Origin: Mytilus edulis
Taxonomy: Eukaryota
Direction of reading: 5' to 3'
DNA length: 64,000 nucleotides
NCBI RefSeq assembly: GCF_963676685.1
Contig: NC_092354.1
Coordinates: 73,098,001 to 73,162,000 of the forward strand
Every line of letters begins with the position of its first letter. The first letter of the stretch is position 1. The position numbers and the translations under genes were made by a program. This document shows, in pieces, positions 1 to 14,785 of this stretch. Below the pieces are notes generated by a model. That model did not search any database, was not told the DNA's origin, and saw nothing but the letters and a program-made list of their open reading frames with translations.

Positions 1-2269
1 TTGGGAGTTTTGGTCCCAACATTTTAGGAATTAGGGGCCAAAAAGGGCCCAAATAAGCATTTTCTTGGTTTTCGCACTATAACTTTAGTTTATTGAAACC
101 CCCTTAGAAAATTTTCTATACGCCTCCAGATTGTTGAGCTGATTTTTGATATGTGAGACTACCATCATGTTTGTGTCCACATGTGTTTATATTGAAATTG
201 CAGATTTTTAACTTTTTGGGACGGGGACATTTGTGTCGTTTGAAACATCTAGTTTTAAAATTATAGAGATCCATTCACTTAAACCAAATGTGGGGTTTTT
301 TTTTTGCAGTCGTATAAAAAGCATACAATATAAAAGTAAGAAGATGTGGTAGAATGTATTATAATAGGTTCTTTTTAAAAAATTTTGAAGAAATTTTACA
401 TTTTTCTTGGGCCTTTCAAACAACAGCCATTATTTATCAAATCTTCATTGTTTTCTTAGTTATTATATGGGAAATCTAACAAACTGACTCATAGACCTTC
501 TATAAACTCAAAAATAATTGCAATATGAATAAAACAACCGATGTTCAATGGGACAACTTTAGTTTAAGTTAATAGAAATCTATGAAATTTTGACACAAGG
601 TTTATGACCACAAAAGAACGGTTGGGATTGATTTTGGGAGTTTTGGTTTCAACAGTTTAGGAATTAGGGGCCAAAAAAGGGTCCAAATAAGCATTATTCT
701 TGGTTTTCCCACAATAACTTTAGTTTAAGTAAATAGAAATCAATGAAATTTAAACACAATGTTAATGACTACAAAAGGAAGGTTGGTATTGATTTTGGGA
801 GTTTAGGTCCCAACAGTTTAGGAATTAGGGGCCAAAAAGGGACCCAAATAAGCATTTTTCTTGGTTTTCGCATCATAACGTTAGTATAAGTGAATAGAAA
901 TCTATGAAATTTAAACACAAGGTTTATGACCATAAAAGGAAGGTTGGTATTGATTTTGGGAGTTTTGGTCCCAACAGAATAAGGGGCCCAAAGGGTTCAA
1001 AATTAAACTTTGTTTGATTTCATCAAAATTGAATAATTGGGGTTCTTTGATATGCCGAATCTAACTGTCATGACTGTGTATGTAGATTCTTAACTTTTGT
1101 TCCCGTTTTCAAATTGGTCTACATTAAGGTCCAAAGGGTCCAAAATTAAACTTAGTTTGATTTTGACAAAAAATGAATCAGTTAGGTTCTTTGATATGCT
1201 GAATCTAAAAATGTACTTAGATTCTTGATTATTGGCCCAGTTTTCAAGTTGATTCAAATCGGGGTCCAAAATTAAACTTTGTTTGATTTCATCAAAAATT
1301 GAATAAATGGGGTTCTTTGATATACCAAATCTAACTGTGTATGTAGATTCTTCATTTTTGGTCCTGTTTTCAAATTGGTCTACACTAAAGTCCAAAGGGT
1401 CCAAAATTAAACTTAGTCTGATTTTAACAAAAATTGAAATCTTGGGGTTCTTTGATATGCTGAATCCAAAAATGTACTTAGATTTTTTATTATGGGCCCA
1501 GTTTTCAAGTTGGTCCAAATCAGGATCTAAAATTATTATATTAAGTATTGTGCAATAGCAAGTCTTTTCAATTGCACAGTATTGCGCAATGGCAAGAAAT
1601 ATCTAATTGCACAATTTTGTGAAATAGCAAATTTTTTTTTAATTAGAGTTATCTTTCTTTGTCAAGAATAGTAAGCAAGAAATATCTTATTGCAAAATAT
1701 TGTGCAATATCAAGATTTTTTTTTAATTGAAGTTATCTTTCTTTGTCCAGAATCAACTTAAATCTTTGTTATATACAATATACAATGTATATTCACTTTT
1801 TACTACCAACTGATAAATTAAAATAATCTTTACCATTCAGTGATAACAAGCAGTTTTTTCACATCTTAATATTTTATGATGTATTTAAATGAGTAGTTAA
1901 TGTTGCAAACTCCCTTAGAAATTTTAATTGAGATTAGTTTTGGAATAAAGGAAAGGGGGATGTGATTAAAAAAATTGGGTTCAATTTTTCTCATTTGAAA
2001 TTTCATAAATAAAAAGAAAATTTCTTCAAACATTTTTTTGAGAGGATTAATATTCAACAGCATAGTGAATTGCTCTAAGAGAAAACAAAAATTTTAAGTT
2101 CATTAGAACACATTCATTCTGTGTCAGAAACCTATGCTGTGTCAACTATTTAATCACAATCCAAATTTAGAGCTGAATCCAGCTTGAATGTTGTGTCCAT
2201 ACTTGCCCCAACCGTTCAGGGTTCAACCTCTGCGGTCGTATAAAGCTACGCCCTGCAGAGCATCTGGTT
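1..2269 (+). mobile_element. Non-autonomous Helentron/HINE-like repeat with internal tandem arrays (5' end outside window)
   Basis: ~160-bp tandem units (aactttagtttaag at ~555, ~716, ~877) and ~125-140-bp units (aaaattaaactt at ~1000, 1142, 1268, 1403). The end has a subterminal motif tgcggtcgtataaa (2231-2244) followed by a short GC palindrome and ctggtt. ORFs 1090-1518 and 1307-1558 are repeat read-throughs. Confidence 0.55.
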
Positions 2270-3049
2270 GTAACATATTCTGTTACAGTGTAATTTAAAT
2301 TTGCTTCGATTAATCTCAAATTTTGACGGTCACCATGAATAAGCAATTATAATATTATTACAAACGTTAATTTCTGAATTTGCAGTATTTTAAGTTTTTG
2401 CATTAAGCTAAAATTCTACGATTTTTTTGAAAATTTAACTATTACTCGTTAGAACTGTTTTAGTGAATCAAAACTAATGTCTTCCCTGTAGAATCGAGGG
2501 GTTAGGACATGAGTAACATAATATAATTATGGTACACTTAATGCGCTAGTCATGATATAAAATTATTAAAGTATATAGTTTATAGGTGGGTATCTGAACA
2601 GTGTTTATAAGGGGAGCGAACTCCAGCAAAAACATCATTGGTGTACTCAAAGGTCTGATTGAAAAAATAAATATGATTTAAGGTAGGAATATGAACATAT
2701 TTCAAGCTATTTAACCATCAATTGTATGTATGGGGCAGGGCATGACCCCCATGATGAACTAGAAAGGTAATTAAGATAAAATATGGGTTACGGATTGGGT
2801 TCTGAACTTTTTAAAAAGTTTTTAAGATAAGTCTAAACAGTAACATCATGATATGAGGGAGCAGAACATGACCACTGGGAAAAACCCTTAGCTGTACTGC
2901 AAAGGTCTTGCCCATTCTGTGGCCTATAAAATAAAATTGCTTACTAGCAATCCATTTTAATTATGTTGTCTCATAAGCAATCAGTACACTTCTCTTTCAT
3001 ATTGACATGTCAAGACAAAATGTTGTGTTTTAGGCAGATATATAGAATT

Positions 3050-3400
3050 ACCTATTTGACCTTGACCTTTTTTGGTCATTATCCATGGTACACAACACAT
3101 CATATTTAGGTGCTGACATTGTGTGTCAAGTATTAAAAAAATCTGCAAGGAGGAGAAAAATGTGTGCTCTAGAAAAAAAAACTGGGGGAATCAAATATTT
3201 TGACCTTGAGGTCAAAGGTCAAGGTCAACTGGCAGTTTTCATTTTATGAGACATACTGTCTTATTGTAATACACCTTCATGCCAAATATCATGAGATGAT
3301 GTCAAAAGATAAATAAGTTTTCAGGATTAAATACACAGATTATTGTTGAAAATATATGAAAATAACCCATTTTTATTTCGTTGCCATGGTAACGGTGTAA
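3050..3400. repeat. Mollusc Helitron/Helentron-associated repeat fragment
   Basis: Motifs tttgaccttgacctt, gaggtcaaaggtcaaggtca and gttgccatggtaac. Boundaries are approximate. Confidence 0.35.
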
Positions 3401-4257
3401 GAGACCCCAGCTCAAAAATCATAAAACTTGTAGTACACATGTAAACCTTTATAGAAATATTTAAAACATTTAAAAATTCAAAGTACTTTATGAGATTTCA
3501 TGTCCTTTTGATGATCTTTTTACCAAGTATCCAAAATATACCCAAAATGCCCTTTTTGGACCGGTCAGCCTAAAAATTTAGCAATACTCAAGCTTTAACA
3601 TTTTGTCAAGTTTCCAAGGACGAATGATGCTTGTTATAAAAATCAATTCAAATACCAGTTAAAAATAACCTTATCTAGCATATTCAGAGCAACAAAATTG
3701 TGATATTTTTGTAGATTATTTTGGAAATTCAGGCATTTCCAGTAGATGGCGCTGTAAAATCTAAAAATAACTTACAATAAAATTTTCAAGTTAGATTTTT
3801 TTTTCTCTTGACTATCATAACATGTGTGCAAAATTTCATTTCATTTGGTTGACATGTCATGTGGACCCACTTATAGGCATTTTGCATGGTTCTATCAAAG
3901 ACTGGGTGTTAAAAACTCACTCAAATGACAACATAAATCTATACTAGGCTTAAGTTAATGGTGAAAATAACCATAAAACATATTCGAAACATTCCAAAAT
4001 TAGAATTACATTGAAAATATAAGCCAGTTTTGAGATTAATGGATAACCTTGTTTAAATTAAATTTTTAAGGTGATATACATTTAAGTGTTGAGGAATCTG
4101 GTGTTGAAGTTATATTAATTTTATTGTAAAGTTTTGGTTTCAATGCTATACTGAATACATGTTTAATTTCAATTTTTGTTCAAATTTTTAGCCTGGAATA
4201 ATAGCTGTTTTTAAACATTTCCTAAATTGATAAATACAATAGATAGATTCATGAAAT

Positions 4258-4530
4258 AGGTCTAGGCTGGTTAAGACTTGGTCGAGTATGGTTCCAGATA
4301 GGTCGAGTATGGTTCAGACTAGGTCGAGCATGGTTCATACTTGGTCGAGAATGGTTAAGACTATGACAAATATGGTTCAGACTCGTATCAAATGCTCAAT
4401 GTCTGGTCGAGTAAAGGTCGAATACAAGTTCAGGCTGTCAAGTTTGGTTAAGAATACTGTCGCGTTTTATCAAGTAAATTTCAGACCAGGTCGATTGAAA
4501 ATCAGTACTGTCGAGTCTAGTATAGGCCAT
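4258..4530. repeat. 21-bp degenerate minisatellite (ggtcgagtatggttcagacta)n
   Basis: Units recur with period ~21 from 4281; no unique spacers. Confidence 0.8.
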
Positions 4531-6514
4531 TTAGACTTTAACTGGTTTGTAATGTTATTTGAAAGGCAATTCAAAATTTTGTTTATAAAAGACAAACAAA
4601 AGCTTTTTTGTTATCAAGTTGCAAATAATTAAAATGGTCACTGGTAGAATATCTAAATGTTTGTCTCGTACCGATTTGATATTATTTATTTTAAAATTTA
4701 AAAGATAGATACTATATAAAAAAGTGTTGGATAGGAAAACGTTATCATGTCATCAAATATTGTATGGTCGATTATTAAATGATAATGTAATGTTTGTTTG
4801 TTATTTAATGTTCACTTATTCGTCTAGATATCAGCTTTGATATTACTATAAATTTAAACTTTTTCGTTTTATGAACAACAAAACTATTTATATATGTGTT
4901 TTTTTTATTGTAGATGGCGGCTTTTTGTTCAAAGTTATTGTAATTTGTTCGTTCAGTGTATGGACACTTGTGTTAATATACCTGTTGAGACAGTTAGGCC
5001 AATTCAATTGATATTTTAAAGTGTGTATTTCTATGTTGTGATTTTACACGTTTGTGTCAGAAAAGGGTGAACGTTGGTACTGTTCTTGTTTGCACCGGTT
5101 CTAATTCAGGAATCTGACATTCAGTTGTTTTCGTTTGTTGATGTGGTTCATAAGTGTTACTCGTTTCTCGTATAATATTTTAGATTAGACCGTTGGTTTT
5201 CCCGTTTGAATGATTTTACACTAGTCAATTTATGTGCTCTTTATAGCTTCCTGATAGATGTGAGCCGTGGCTCCATTTTGAAGACCGTACTTTGATCTAT
5301 ACGGGTTTAATCGTACATATTGTGACTTGGATTAAGAGTTGTCTCATTGCCACTCATACCTCATCTGCTTATATCTAATTAGTGGTTATTACATTTTTAT
5401 AAATACACACACATATACATATTTTATCAATGGCTTTAAATGAAAGAAAGTTCATATCTATTGTTAAGAGAAGGTGTTCAAGAACTTAACTTACATATAT
5501 TAAAAGTGAAGAAAACAGGTGAACTTGTATTTCAATATTTCAAAGTTTACACTACAAACAAGATATTAAGTGCTAGTAAAGAATATGTCAAACCATTACT
5601 TGTCTTTCATCGCCTGACTTATCTTCCTTGTCGTTGCTACAATCAATCCTTTTTTGACAGAATTTTGTGTTGTCATAAAAAATTCTACAAATGATTTTAC
5701 ATGTGGACAGTTTCAAGAAAGAAATTTGAATGAATATTATAGACCAAAAGGTCATTTTATAATTCAAATAGGTAATCAGTCAAACATTGTATTATCAACA
5801 GACGGTAAAAAAGAAAGAATAATATGACTGGTTGAACAATACAATATAAGTACAAACAATGACCCCATTTTATGTTGTCGGAGCTTTAACTTACAGATTT
5901 GTGAGGACATATTTTGAATCATGGATATTGTATTGCCATGACTTTGCTCAACATGTCCCGTTTTAATATAGGTAATTACTGATATTTTATAGATTTGTCA
6001 TTGAAGTTAATTGCAAATATTCGTATCTTTTTCGATCTAAAGTTGAATCATCAATTTAAATACCATCAGCACCCTCCTGAATAAAAAGAACCAAACCATA
6101 TACAGTAATTTTCATAGGATAGGATTTTAAAGTAAATATATACGTATTTCATTTAGTATATTTTTAAAAAATCAAAATATTGAAAAGTTTTTTAATATTC
6201 AACTTGTAACGACTCCGCATATTCATGTGTTCTAAATAGAAAAGTTTGCTAAAGGCGGCATAGTTTCAAAAGAAACGGACTGTATGAATTTGTAAAAACA
6301 TAAATAAATACAATACAAATGAGAAGATGTGGTATGCAACTCTCCTTTTTAAGACCAAGCCTTTCTCACATCGACCAATTAGCTATAAATTGCCCAAAAA
6401 TGACTTGAAATCAAGACAAGGTTTAGTCATAGTTTTTATGTAAATGATGTATGAGTAGCAAATAACTCATAAATTCATAAAACTAACTTTTCTTTTTTTT
6501 TGCTTTATTTTTAG

Positions 6515-6591
6515 ATGGATATGTGAAGTTTGTTATTCATGTATTGACACGGATGTATGTCTACAATGTAAACCCACTTCAAATACTGAAG
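6515..6591 (+). CDS. Cys-rich internal exon of the FGF-like gene (WICEVCYSCIDTDVCLQCKPTSNTE)
   Basis: Long polypyrimidine tract + ag at 6513-6514, donor gtatga at 6592. The phase-1 end joins in frame to the exon at 8020. Confidence 0.6.
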
Positions 6592-8019
6592 GTATGAACA
6601 GTAGAACAACAACCTCGTAGTAGTAATAAACAAAATTAAATTTAACACTACAAACCAAACAATAGAATTTAAATGTTAGTTTTCGATCATAAAGTAATAG
6701 AATTTTGTTTTGAAAATTAAATGATTTGCCCCTCTTATATTCAATGTCGTTTCCTCATTCAATAAGTCTGACGAGTGTGAACATGACAATCAAACACATA
6801 GCATTTACTTTTGCTGCACATATATTTTGAGTTTTACAGTTTTTCAAGAATGCACAGTGAGAAGTACTCCACGTAAAAATACGTATACTATTTGTTTATT
6901 CCAAAATTTTACTAAAATTTAAGCTAACAATTTAGTAGAAAGATGTTTATGTGATTACTGCTAATAGGTCATAGGTCAATACCTCTACATTTGTTATGTA
7001 ATTGTTTTTTCCAAAGCCCTTTACAAGTTCGATAACCATTTACAGTTCATAGTACATGGATGTTGTTCAACTTTAATTGCTCTAACAATTATAAAATTTC
7101 AAAATTATCTAAATAAATAAATGAGTGTCCCTTTTACATATTTGAATAATTGACATAGTGTGGATTTACTTTTGTCAGAAATATAACACTGGTTATATAG
7201 CAATTTTACAAACACTGGTTTTGATCATTGAGAAGCTTAATATTCCCTTAACAATACAACTTAGTTAAAACATTTAGCTGATTTTACAGAGTTATCTCCC
7301 TGTAGTGTTATGTACCACCTTCAAGAGCTACATTATATAATTTTGATCCAATGACAGGTTGAATAAGGGTTTGATTGTTTTTGTCAATATTACTTGCAGA
7401 AATTTAGAAAACATACTTAGTGATATGATTCATAATTTAAAATATATATCAATAGGTATAGAAAGATATAGTTTGAAATAAGACAATTATCCATCCAAGT
7501 AACAATTTATAAAAGTAAACCCTTATAGGTCAAGATACGGCCTTCAACCAGGAGCCTTGGCACACACCAAACAGCAAGCTATAAAGGGCTCCAAAAAATT
7601 TACTAGTTGAAAACCATTCAAACGGAAAAAAACAACGGTCTAATCTTTATAAAAAAGAGAAAACGAGAAACGCGAATGAACTACATAAACATACGACATC
7701 TTCTGTACATCAGATTCAACCCTATTTTTGAATAGACTTTATCACATATTGCCTCTAGAAATAATGAAATTAATGAGCATACTTTAGAATTTAACTATAA
7801 TTTGTTGTCATGTCTTTTCTGCAATTTTGTCTTTCATCGGTAACAATAACAAAAATCGTTATATAGAGATAAAATTATAGACAAGACGATACAAGAAGTG
7901 AACAGACAATGAAAATCAAACTGTCTTGAGTGTGTTGTAGGTTTAAAATGATGATTTCATTTAATTTTTGATATTATCTAATTCATTACTATTAACCCTT
8001 ATTTTGTTTTAATATTTAG

Positions 8020-8582
8020 ATATATTAGTGCCAGCTGGAAACTGTACAATGTTTTATAAACTATACTGCACTCATCCACTGCTTTTCCTACATGATCAAT
8101 TCCTTTCACTGACCCAAACTGATATCGATAGTTTGTGTGAAAACGGAGCACAATATAAGATCATACCAGCAAAGTATCCGTTGTCTGAGGTCTTCATGTC
8201 TCAACTAGATAACAAGTGGATAAGATTTAGTGAAGACAAACAAAGGTACAACAAATTTATGTTTGAACGAGCAGGCAGCTCGGTTGGAAAAACGCAGTAT
8301 TTGCACATTAAACCAGTCCACTATTCGAACTATTATCTGACCATGGGATTTAATGGATGGTGGGTTAGAGCTAAGTATCACTTTTGCTTTGTCACAGAAG
8401 ATGACGCTTTTTGGGACATTCGATGTCTCAAAACAAACAACGGGGAAGGAAACATTTTGTCAAAGTATATGCTAGTACCCAAGAATTCAAACAAATTTGT
8501 TTGTGTGGATCGTACCAATAGGCTTAAGGGGTGCTATGACAATCTCGATGTATCAAAAATGTTTATATTTAAAAGGGTTTAG
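8020..8582 (+). CDS. Terminal exon encoding a divergent FGF-like beta-trefoil domain
   Basis: Acceptor ttttaatatttag|at, open to the stop at 8582. Motifs YKLYC, LDNKWIRFSED..YNKFMFE, HIKPVHYSNYYLTMGFNG, FCFVTE, FVCVDRTNR and MFIFKRV align by eye with FGF core strands. Confidence 0.6.
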
Positions 8583-9167
8583 AGAGGCTATAACAATCAA
8601 AGGATCTGACGTATTCAAGATTATTAGGGTAGTAATCATGACTTGTTTGTTTAAACCGAGTTAATTTTGTTGAAAGATTCAGTTATAATCTGATGGTTAG
8701 AACTTTCAAAATATTTCTTTATCAACTGGTTTATAGCATTTGTTCTAGATTAGTTTTAAAGTAGGATATTCAGAACATGTGTTTGAGTAGAACCGTCTAA
8801 AACTGATTTAATGTAGAACTGTCAAGCTTTGTTTTTTGTCTTAATTTTTTTTTTACCAAGAGAAGATCTTAGAGTTGCACTTAAGTGCATGCTTCTCTTT
8901 TTGTGATTGAGAGCCATTCTTCGTGAACAAATATTTGAGAGCTACATGGGTTGTTCTTGTGGTTGGTTTTTAAAAAGAACGAATGAGAAAACCTATTTTT
9001 TTGTTGCTAAGTTTTAAATATGCCTTTTCAGACTTCAAAGTTTGATGTGATTGTTTGATTGCAACTGCTTTTAAAAGATAATGCTTCATGTTAAAAGGTT
9101 CAGCAAGTTCTGAGAATGAGTAAAATTTAATGTTTTCTTAGATCCTCTGATAATGTTATTTTATATA

Positions 9168-9986
9168 TACTGAGCCAAAAAATGTGAAATTTTATTTTAT
9201 TACAAAATCTCAAAATAACATATAATTTAATAATAACAAATGGAATTTTAACATGTCAGAAGCAACATGAATGTTTATCACTCACATTCATTAGAATTTT
9301 CTTTGTATGGAGCGAAGGAGGGTCAAAATGTGAAAATGAGTATATTGTTATTCAAAATCAATTTCTCAGCCATGTCCTAAGTGCACCAATGAAGGACTGG
9401 AAGGCACACAAGCAGCTGCCCTTAGTCAATGCACTACTATTGTGGCCGGACAAAACTTGTAACGTGTTGCGAATGTAGCGCTCCTCCTTTGACGATAGGT
9501 TTTCTTGTCTCCGAGATATCAATCTATCCTGTGTAGTTGCAATTTGTCGATACCTGTTTGTTGTCTCTAAACTGTTGCCTTATGCACATTAAATCGATCC
9601 ACGATGTCAGCAACACTCATTCTGGCATCAACCATTCCAAGAGCTTTCTGACGGTCATTTTCTGGATGACTGGTTGACACTCCCATGCAACTTTTTCAAA
9701 GGTGAATGTGGTTTTTCTTACCAATGGTGTTTCTGAAAGTTATTGAAAAAGAAATTTTTAATATCTTTTTAAAAGTATAGCTACAGAAGGTAAAACATCA
9801 TTTAGACGTACACAGCTGATATGCCGCGAAATTAATCACCAGGAAAAACATACGACTGTTTTAAATTACAGGTAACACTAAGGATTATATCAATGATGTT
9901 TAAATAAAAAAAATTCCGGAAACAAAAAAAAAAAAAAAAAAAAAAACGTAAAGAAAAATATGTTGCTAAACTTTTTTGGCTCAGTA
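9168..9986 (-). mobile_element. Tc1/mariner deletion derivative with transposase HTH remnant
   Basis: TIR tactgagccaaaaaa / ttttttggctcagta flanked by TA (9166-9167, 9987-9988). The minus strand at ~9460-9670 encodes a frameshifted Tc1 N-terminus (DRQKALG..MSVADIVDRFNVHKATV..RYRQ..EERYIR). Confidence 0.85.
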
Positions 9987-12900
9987 TATATTGAGTGATT
10001 TAAAAAAACAACAATTGTAAATGTCACTAATTGTTAGACCAGCTGAATGAATGTACAACTCACCTACGAAGCTCAAGGAATCATTTATATTCTAAGACTA
10101 ATATTTTTTTAACAAGGGAGATAGTTGATATTTTTCTTCTATTGATACTGGTGTATAGGTACCTTATCGTTAAAACATCAATTAAAGGAAACACAAAAAA
10201 TGCCAAAGCTTTTATGTCAATTCTTTATGTTAATGCAATGAATATTAAAAGGCATAGAAGATCCTTTTTCATCGAGTATCGGATTAATTATTTACACAAT
10301 TAAATGTTAGTAATAATATATCTGTTTATTTGTTTAGATTTTCTTGTGTTTTTATTAAAACATTGTATATAAATGTATTCTCTCGCAAATCAATTGATGA
10401 CTTGCTAGTGTAACCAAGTTAAACATAAATGTAACCATATTTTTAGTTAAGCCTCTATGACATTTTCTATGTTTAGCCAACATTTCAAATGCAGTTTATT
10501 TATTTTTTTTATCTAAAAGTAATAATCAATTTAAATGAAAAGACCAAATGTAAATCAAAGTATCATAAATAATAAATACGCAGCTTTGATTTAGTAAACA
10601 GATTCAAATTAAGTGAGAAAACGGTTTGTCATCTATGCTTTTTTTAATTTTCAAAACGGGAGAAAAACAAACAATCAGAAATGTATCTCTATATTCTGAA
10701 TATTGAATCATTTAGTTTTCGAGGTAATACACCATGATACATTTTTGTATTAACAATTTTATTTGTTTTATGCTAAAATATATGTTGTTTTGTACCATAT
10801 CTAATTCGATAATAACATTTGATATACAACATGTGTTCCTAAATGGTAGAAACATCATCTTATTAACGATGTAGCAATGGTTATTATAAATTAGATATGT
10901 TACCATTAAAATTGCGCAACTGTAGTTATTTATATTTTGCGCAAATGAAATATAATCTTGATCCGTAAATGATTGATTCGATGTTGTCCAAATTGCTGCA
11001 AATGCAAGAGAGGCGAAATATTCAAGAAGGACTTTGAACTCATAGATCAAACATAAACTTTAAAAAAAAAAGACAAACATACAACAATGGTACACCACAT
11101 AGAAAACTAAAGACTACGCAAAACGAACTCCATCAAAAACTGGGGGTTAATTCAAGTGTTCCGGAATGTTTCACATATTCTGATCTACATGTGGCCCCGT
11201 CGTGTTGCTCATATTATTACTAACCCGGTAAATAGTCTAATTTGTTAGATCACACGCAATACCCCAATTTGAAGCAATATACAAGAAGTGTTCTAAAGTC
11301 ATTTTTATGGAACGCTGTAACTGCCTCACGGTACTGTCTTCTTTATCATGATGAGTTTCTTTTTTATCAAGATGATGTTGTTCTCTATTATGATGTGTTT
11401 TCTCCTACTATGATGATGATTCATTTCATCAATATTTCATGTGAATTTTACATTTAACTCACGTGAATCTCAAATGAAATACTGATATATGTGAAATTCA
11501 CGTGAATTGAACTTTCAATCGAGCTTTTTTTTTTAAATGAAATTAAAGTGAATTCTTAACAAACATACAAATTTCACAGGATATGAGCTTATTTATGTAA
11601 ATCAATTCTTATCTAATACAAAGTCTGTATTGATATGTGTAAGAAATGACCATATTTTGATACTTCCATTCTATTTTACTTTCTATCTATCTAAATGTTT
11701 TGGTCTTAAACAAAGAAGGCAAGAAAATGCATCAAAGGTGAATACTAGCCATGGCACCTAAGTTCACTCCTATATGATTTTTGGTTATGTTCGAGTCTCA
11801 ATTCTTTTTTGGAAATGATTTATGGACATTTATAGAAGATGTTTGTACTGATGAATATTTTATTTGAGTTGATTTATATTATGTATATACAAGTCATATT
11901 GTGTTGTCTTCAGTTTTGACCCACACCAATCACATTTTGAAAAAATACCTACTTGCAAAAGATGCCAATTCTTTTTAAATAATGTTTTGATGAAAAAAAA
12001 ATGTTTGACCTCACCTCATATTGATGTACCGTTTAAAGCCAGAAACCTTTTCAGCGGTTGTTAACAATTTCATCTCAATTAAAAAAAATATTCAAACAGT
12101 TTGGTGTTGGTGGCTATTCTTGATTCGTATTGTAATTGTTTATAGCCTCTGGTCAATTAAATATATCATGATATATCTTTTATAAAACTATCTTTTGTTA
12201 AGGACTGCATGTTAGCACCTCAATGCCTTTCAGGTGTTTTTGTTGTTGAGTTGCTGTCTGATTGATGTATACCTAATATCGTATTGTACTAATTATATAA
12301 AATAGAAATTTCTGTGAAATATAGATGATATAAAAATGTACCAAATTGCAAATGTCTCTGTATTTATTATTTATAACTGTTGATGTAAATGTCCTTTGGT
12401 TTTGTCAGTCTTTGTTTACTCCTTTGTTCTGATTGGTATTGTCCTACAACCATTTACTTCTTGTTTAAAATATTCCCCCCCCCCCCTATTTTAACACTAA
12501 TCTGAAGATTTAGCGGAAATGTTAACAAAACAACAGGCATATATCATTAAAGAAAGGGTCTCAATGTTTGGCTGCACATTAAGCTGGAAATTCTTGTTAC
12601 TTTTTTTTTAGATAAATTTCATTTTAACACATTTTCATTTTTAACTGTAATTTGTATGTTGACACAATAATTTGAATTTGAATAGTATTATATTCAGAAA
12701 GTACTTGTGGTTTAAAAAATATACACTCTATTTAATTTCAGGTGGTTTACACTTCTTGAATACACCACTACTATGACTTCATGTCTGTTAATAATGTTTA
12801 TCATTGGAGCATCTTCTGCATATAATTGCTATTTGTACCCAAGGATTCCTTCTTAAATTTGAAAGTATCCTCCCTAGATGTTGCTCCAATGATAAAATCA

Positions 12901-14659
12901 TGTAATGCATACTTAGTAATCAGACTCTTGGAATACTTCCTACAGATCCTGTTATATAATCAAGTTTGTTTCTGTAGTTAGGCAAATAATAAACATCCAT
13001 TTAATCATTGATTACCAAACGTATAATTAGGATATAACTGTATTGTATTTTTAAGCTCTAACATGATTAATTGGTGATTTACCCAGTAAAACCCAGTAAC
13101 ACTTCGGTTTTTCCATATTTTCCACTGGGCTTGGCAATACTCATAAAACCTAGGTTTTTCCCAACCCTGTTTCAGGACATTTTAAAGCTCGCTATGCTGT
13201 ATCAGTTTTCTCATTGTTGAAAGCTATAGTTGGCATTATTCAGTCATTTGAACTCTGGTGGATAGTTATGTCAATGGCAATCGTTCCACGTCACATTTTT
13301 ATAATAAATAACTCATGAAAACAAACGCAATTCATGTATGTGTACTACACATAACCTGTATATATATTAAGTATACTTAGTGCATATAAAAACACCACTC
13401 ATCACCTTGAAGCCTTTTTCTTACATGTCTTAGTCCTATTTGAAATACAATACCAACATAGTATGTTTATGGCTCTATGTATTCTAGAACATCTGGTTAC
13501 CTGATACTGTCCAGTCAAGAAATTAGTAATAGGCGTCCATTAGGGTATAAATCAAATCTCCAAATGCACTAAAAATTAATAATCTAGCAGTCTCATTGGC
13601 ACTCACACCACATCTTCCTATATCTATGTACATCTTTTTAATAACCTCATAAACAGAGATGTGGAGGTTCATTATGGTTGCAATTTGCCATGTTAACATT
13701 ACAAATTATTAAAGTTGTACATCCAAAACTGACGAATGAGAAACCTGACAAGCAAAGTATTCCTATCCGGACGGAAAGGTGTAAATTAATATTATCCTCC
13801 CCTGCCCTTCGAATGTTGCTAGGGTATAATTACATGTACTGTAGTATGCGTAGGAGACCAGAATTGTGTTTTTGTTGGCACTCAGTATAAATGTTTTTAA
13901 AATAGATATAACAAGAAACAAGTAAACCCGCTGACATGTCTTGCCTGCTTTACTGTTCATGATACATTTTATGTTGCTTGTCCTTTATATGCTAAATTAA
14001 GATATAATTTAATATAAGTATCAAATAAACTTAACATAGACAATGATCCATGAACAAAAAACTGTCGGCCAAATAATGTTAAGGTCATAGAAACCAAGCC
14101 AGACAGACATGTGCACCAAACAATCATTGCTTACAGCAAACATAGCTGATCTCCTAATTGGTTATAGCGTGTATAGTATACAAAAAAAAAAGACCAAAAC
14201 TTAATATTGCAAGACCATTGAACCATCATGATGAATATCAGGTCATGGTAAGATGAACCCTGCCCAGACAGACATGTCATACAATCAGTTGCAGACAAAA
14301 CAAAAATGACCTACTTCATGATACAAGTAATTGTTAGATATTTGTCAAGCTATTTTGATGATTTTCCTCAAGCGTAACACATGGGAATACTAATATGAAT
14401 CTTAGGAAATCAAGAATATAAAATTCTACGCCTATAAATTTACATGGACTGAAAATTACAGGGGTGAATAATGTAACTAAATGCATATTCCATATTAATT
14501 GAATCAATATTCTCAGTTTAATAAGGGTAATACAGTTGAGCTTATTTTACAGAAGAGCTCAATGACGTTTAGTTGTTTTCACTGATTTGAAAGAAGCAGA
14601 CACAAAATCAGTATATTGAATATATTTTTCGGTTATATAAAACTCTAACATCAACCAAA

Positions 14660-14785
14660 GCAGAGAAACACGAGTTAATTATATTGATTGTATAAGGGGA
14701 TAGTTCATTTGCGCCACTTCTGTTACACGTATGTATTGTGCCTAACTGATCAAATAAAAGTTGAAAGTTGAAAGTTGAAAGTTGT
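14660..14785 (+). mobile_element. 5'-truncated LINE 3' end
   Basis: aataaa followed by a (aagttg)n microsatellite tail. Confidence 0.4.

Noticed and set aside
1090-1558. ORFs of 142 aa and 83 aa
   Set aside because: Read-through of a tandem array inside a repeat element.
4258-4632. Regular short repeats (CRISPR-like) and a 114-aa ORF
   Set aside because: Head-to-tail 21-bp minisatellite with no unique spacers, no cas genes, and a eukaryotic context.
4914-5826. Candidate first exons of the FGF-like gene (hydrophobic stretch at 4914; MSNHYLSFIA*LIFLVVAT at 5585)
   Set aside because: There is an in-frame stop in the second, and I found no donor in the phase needed to join 6515.
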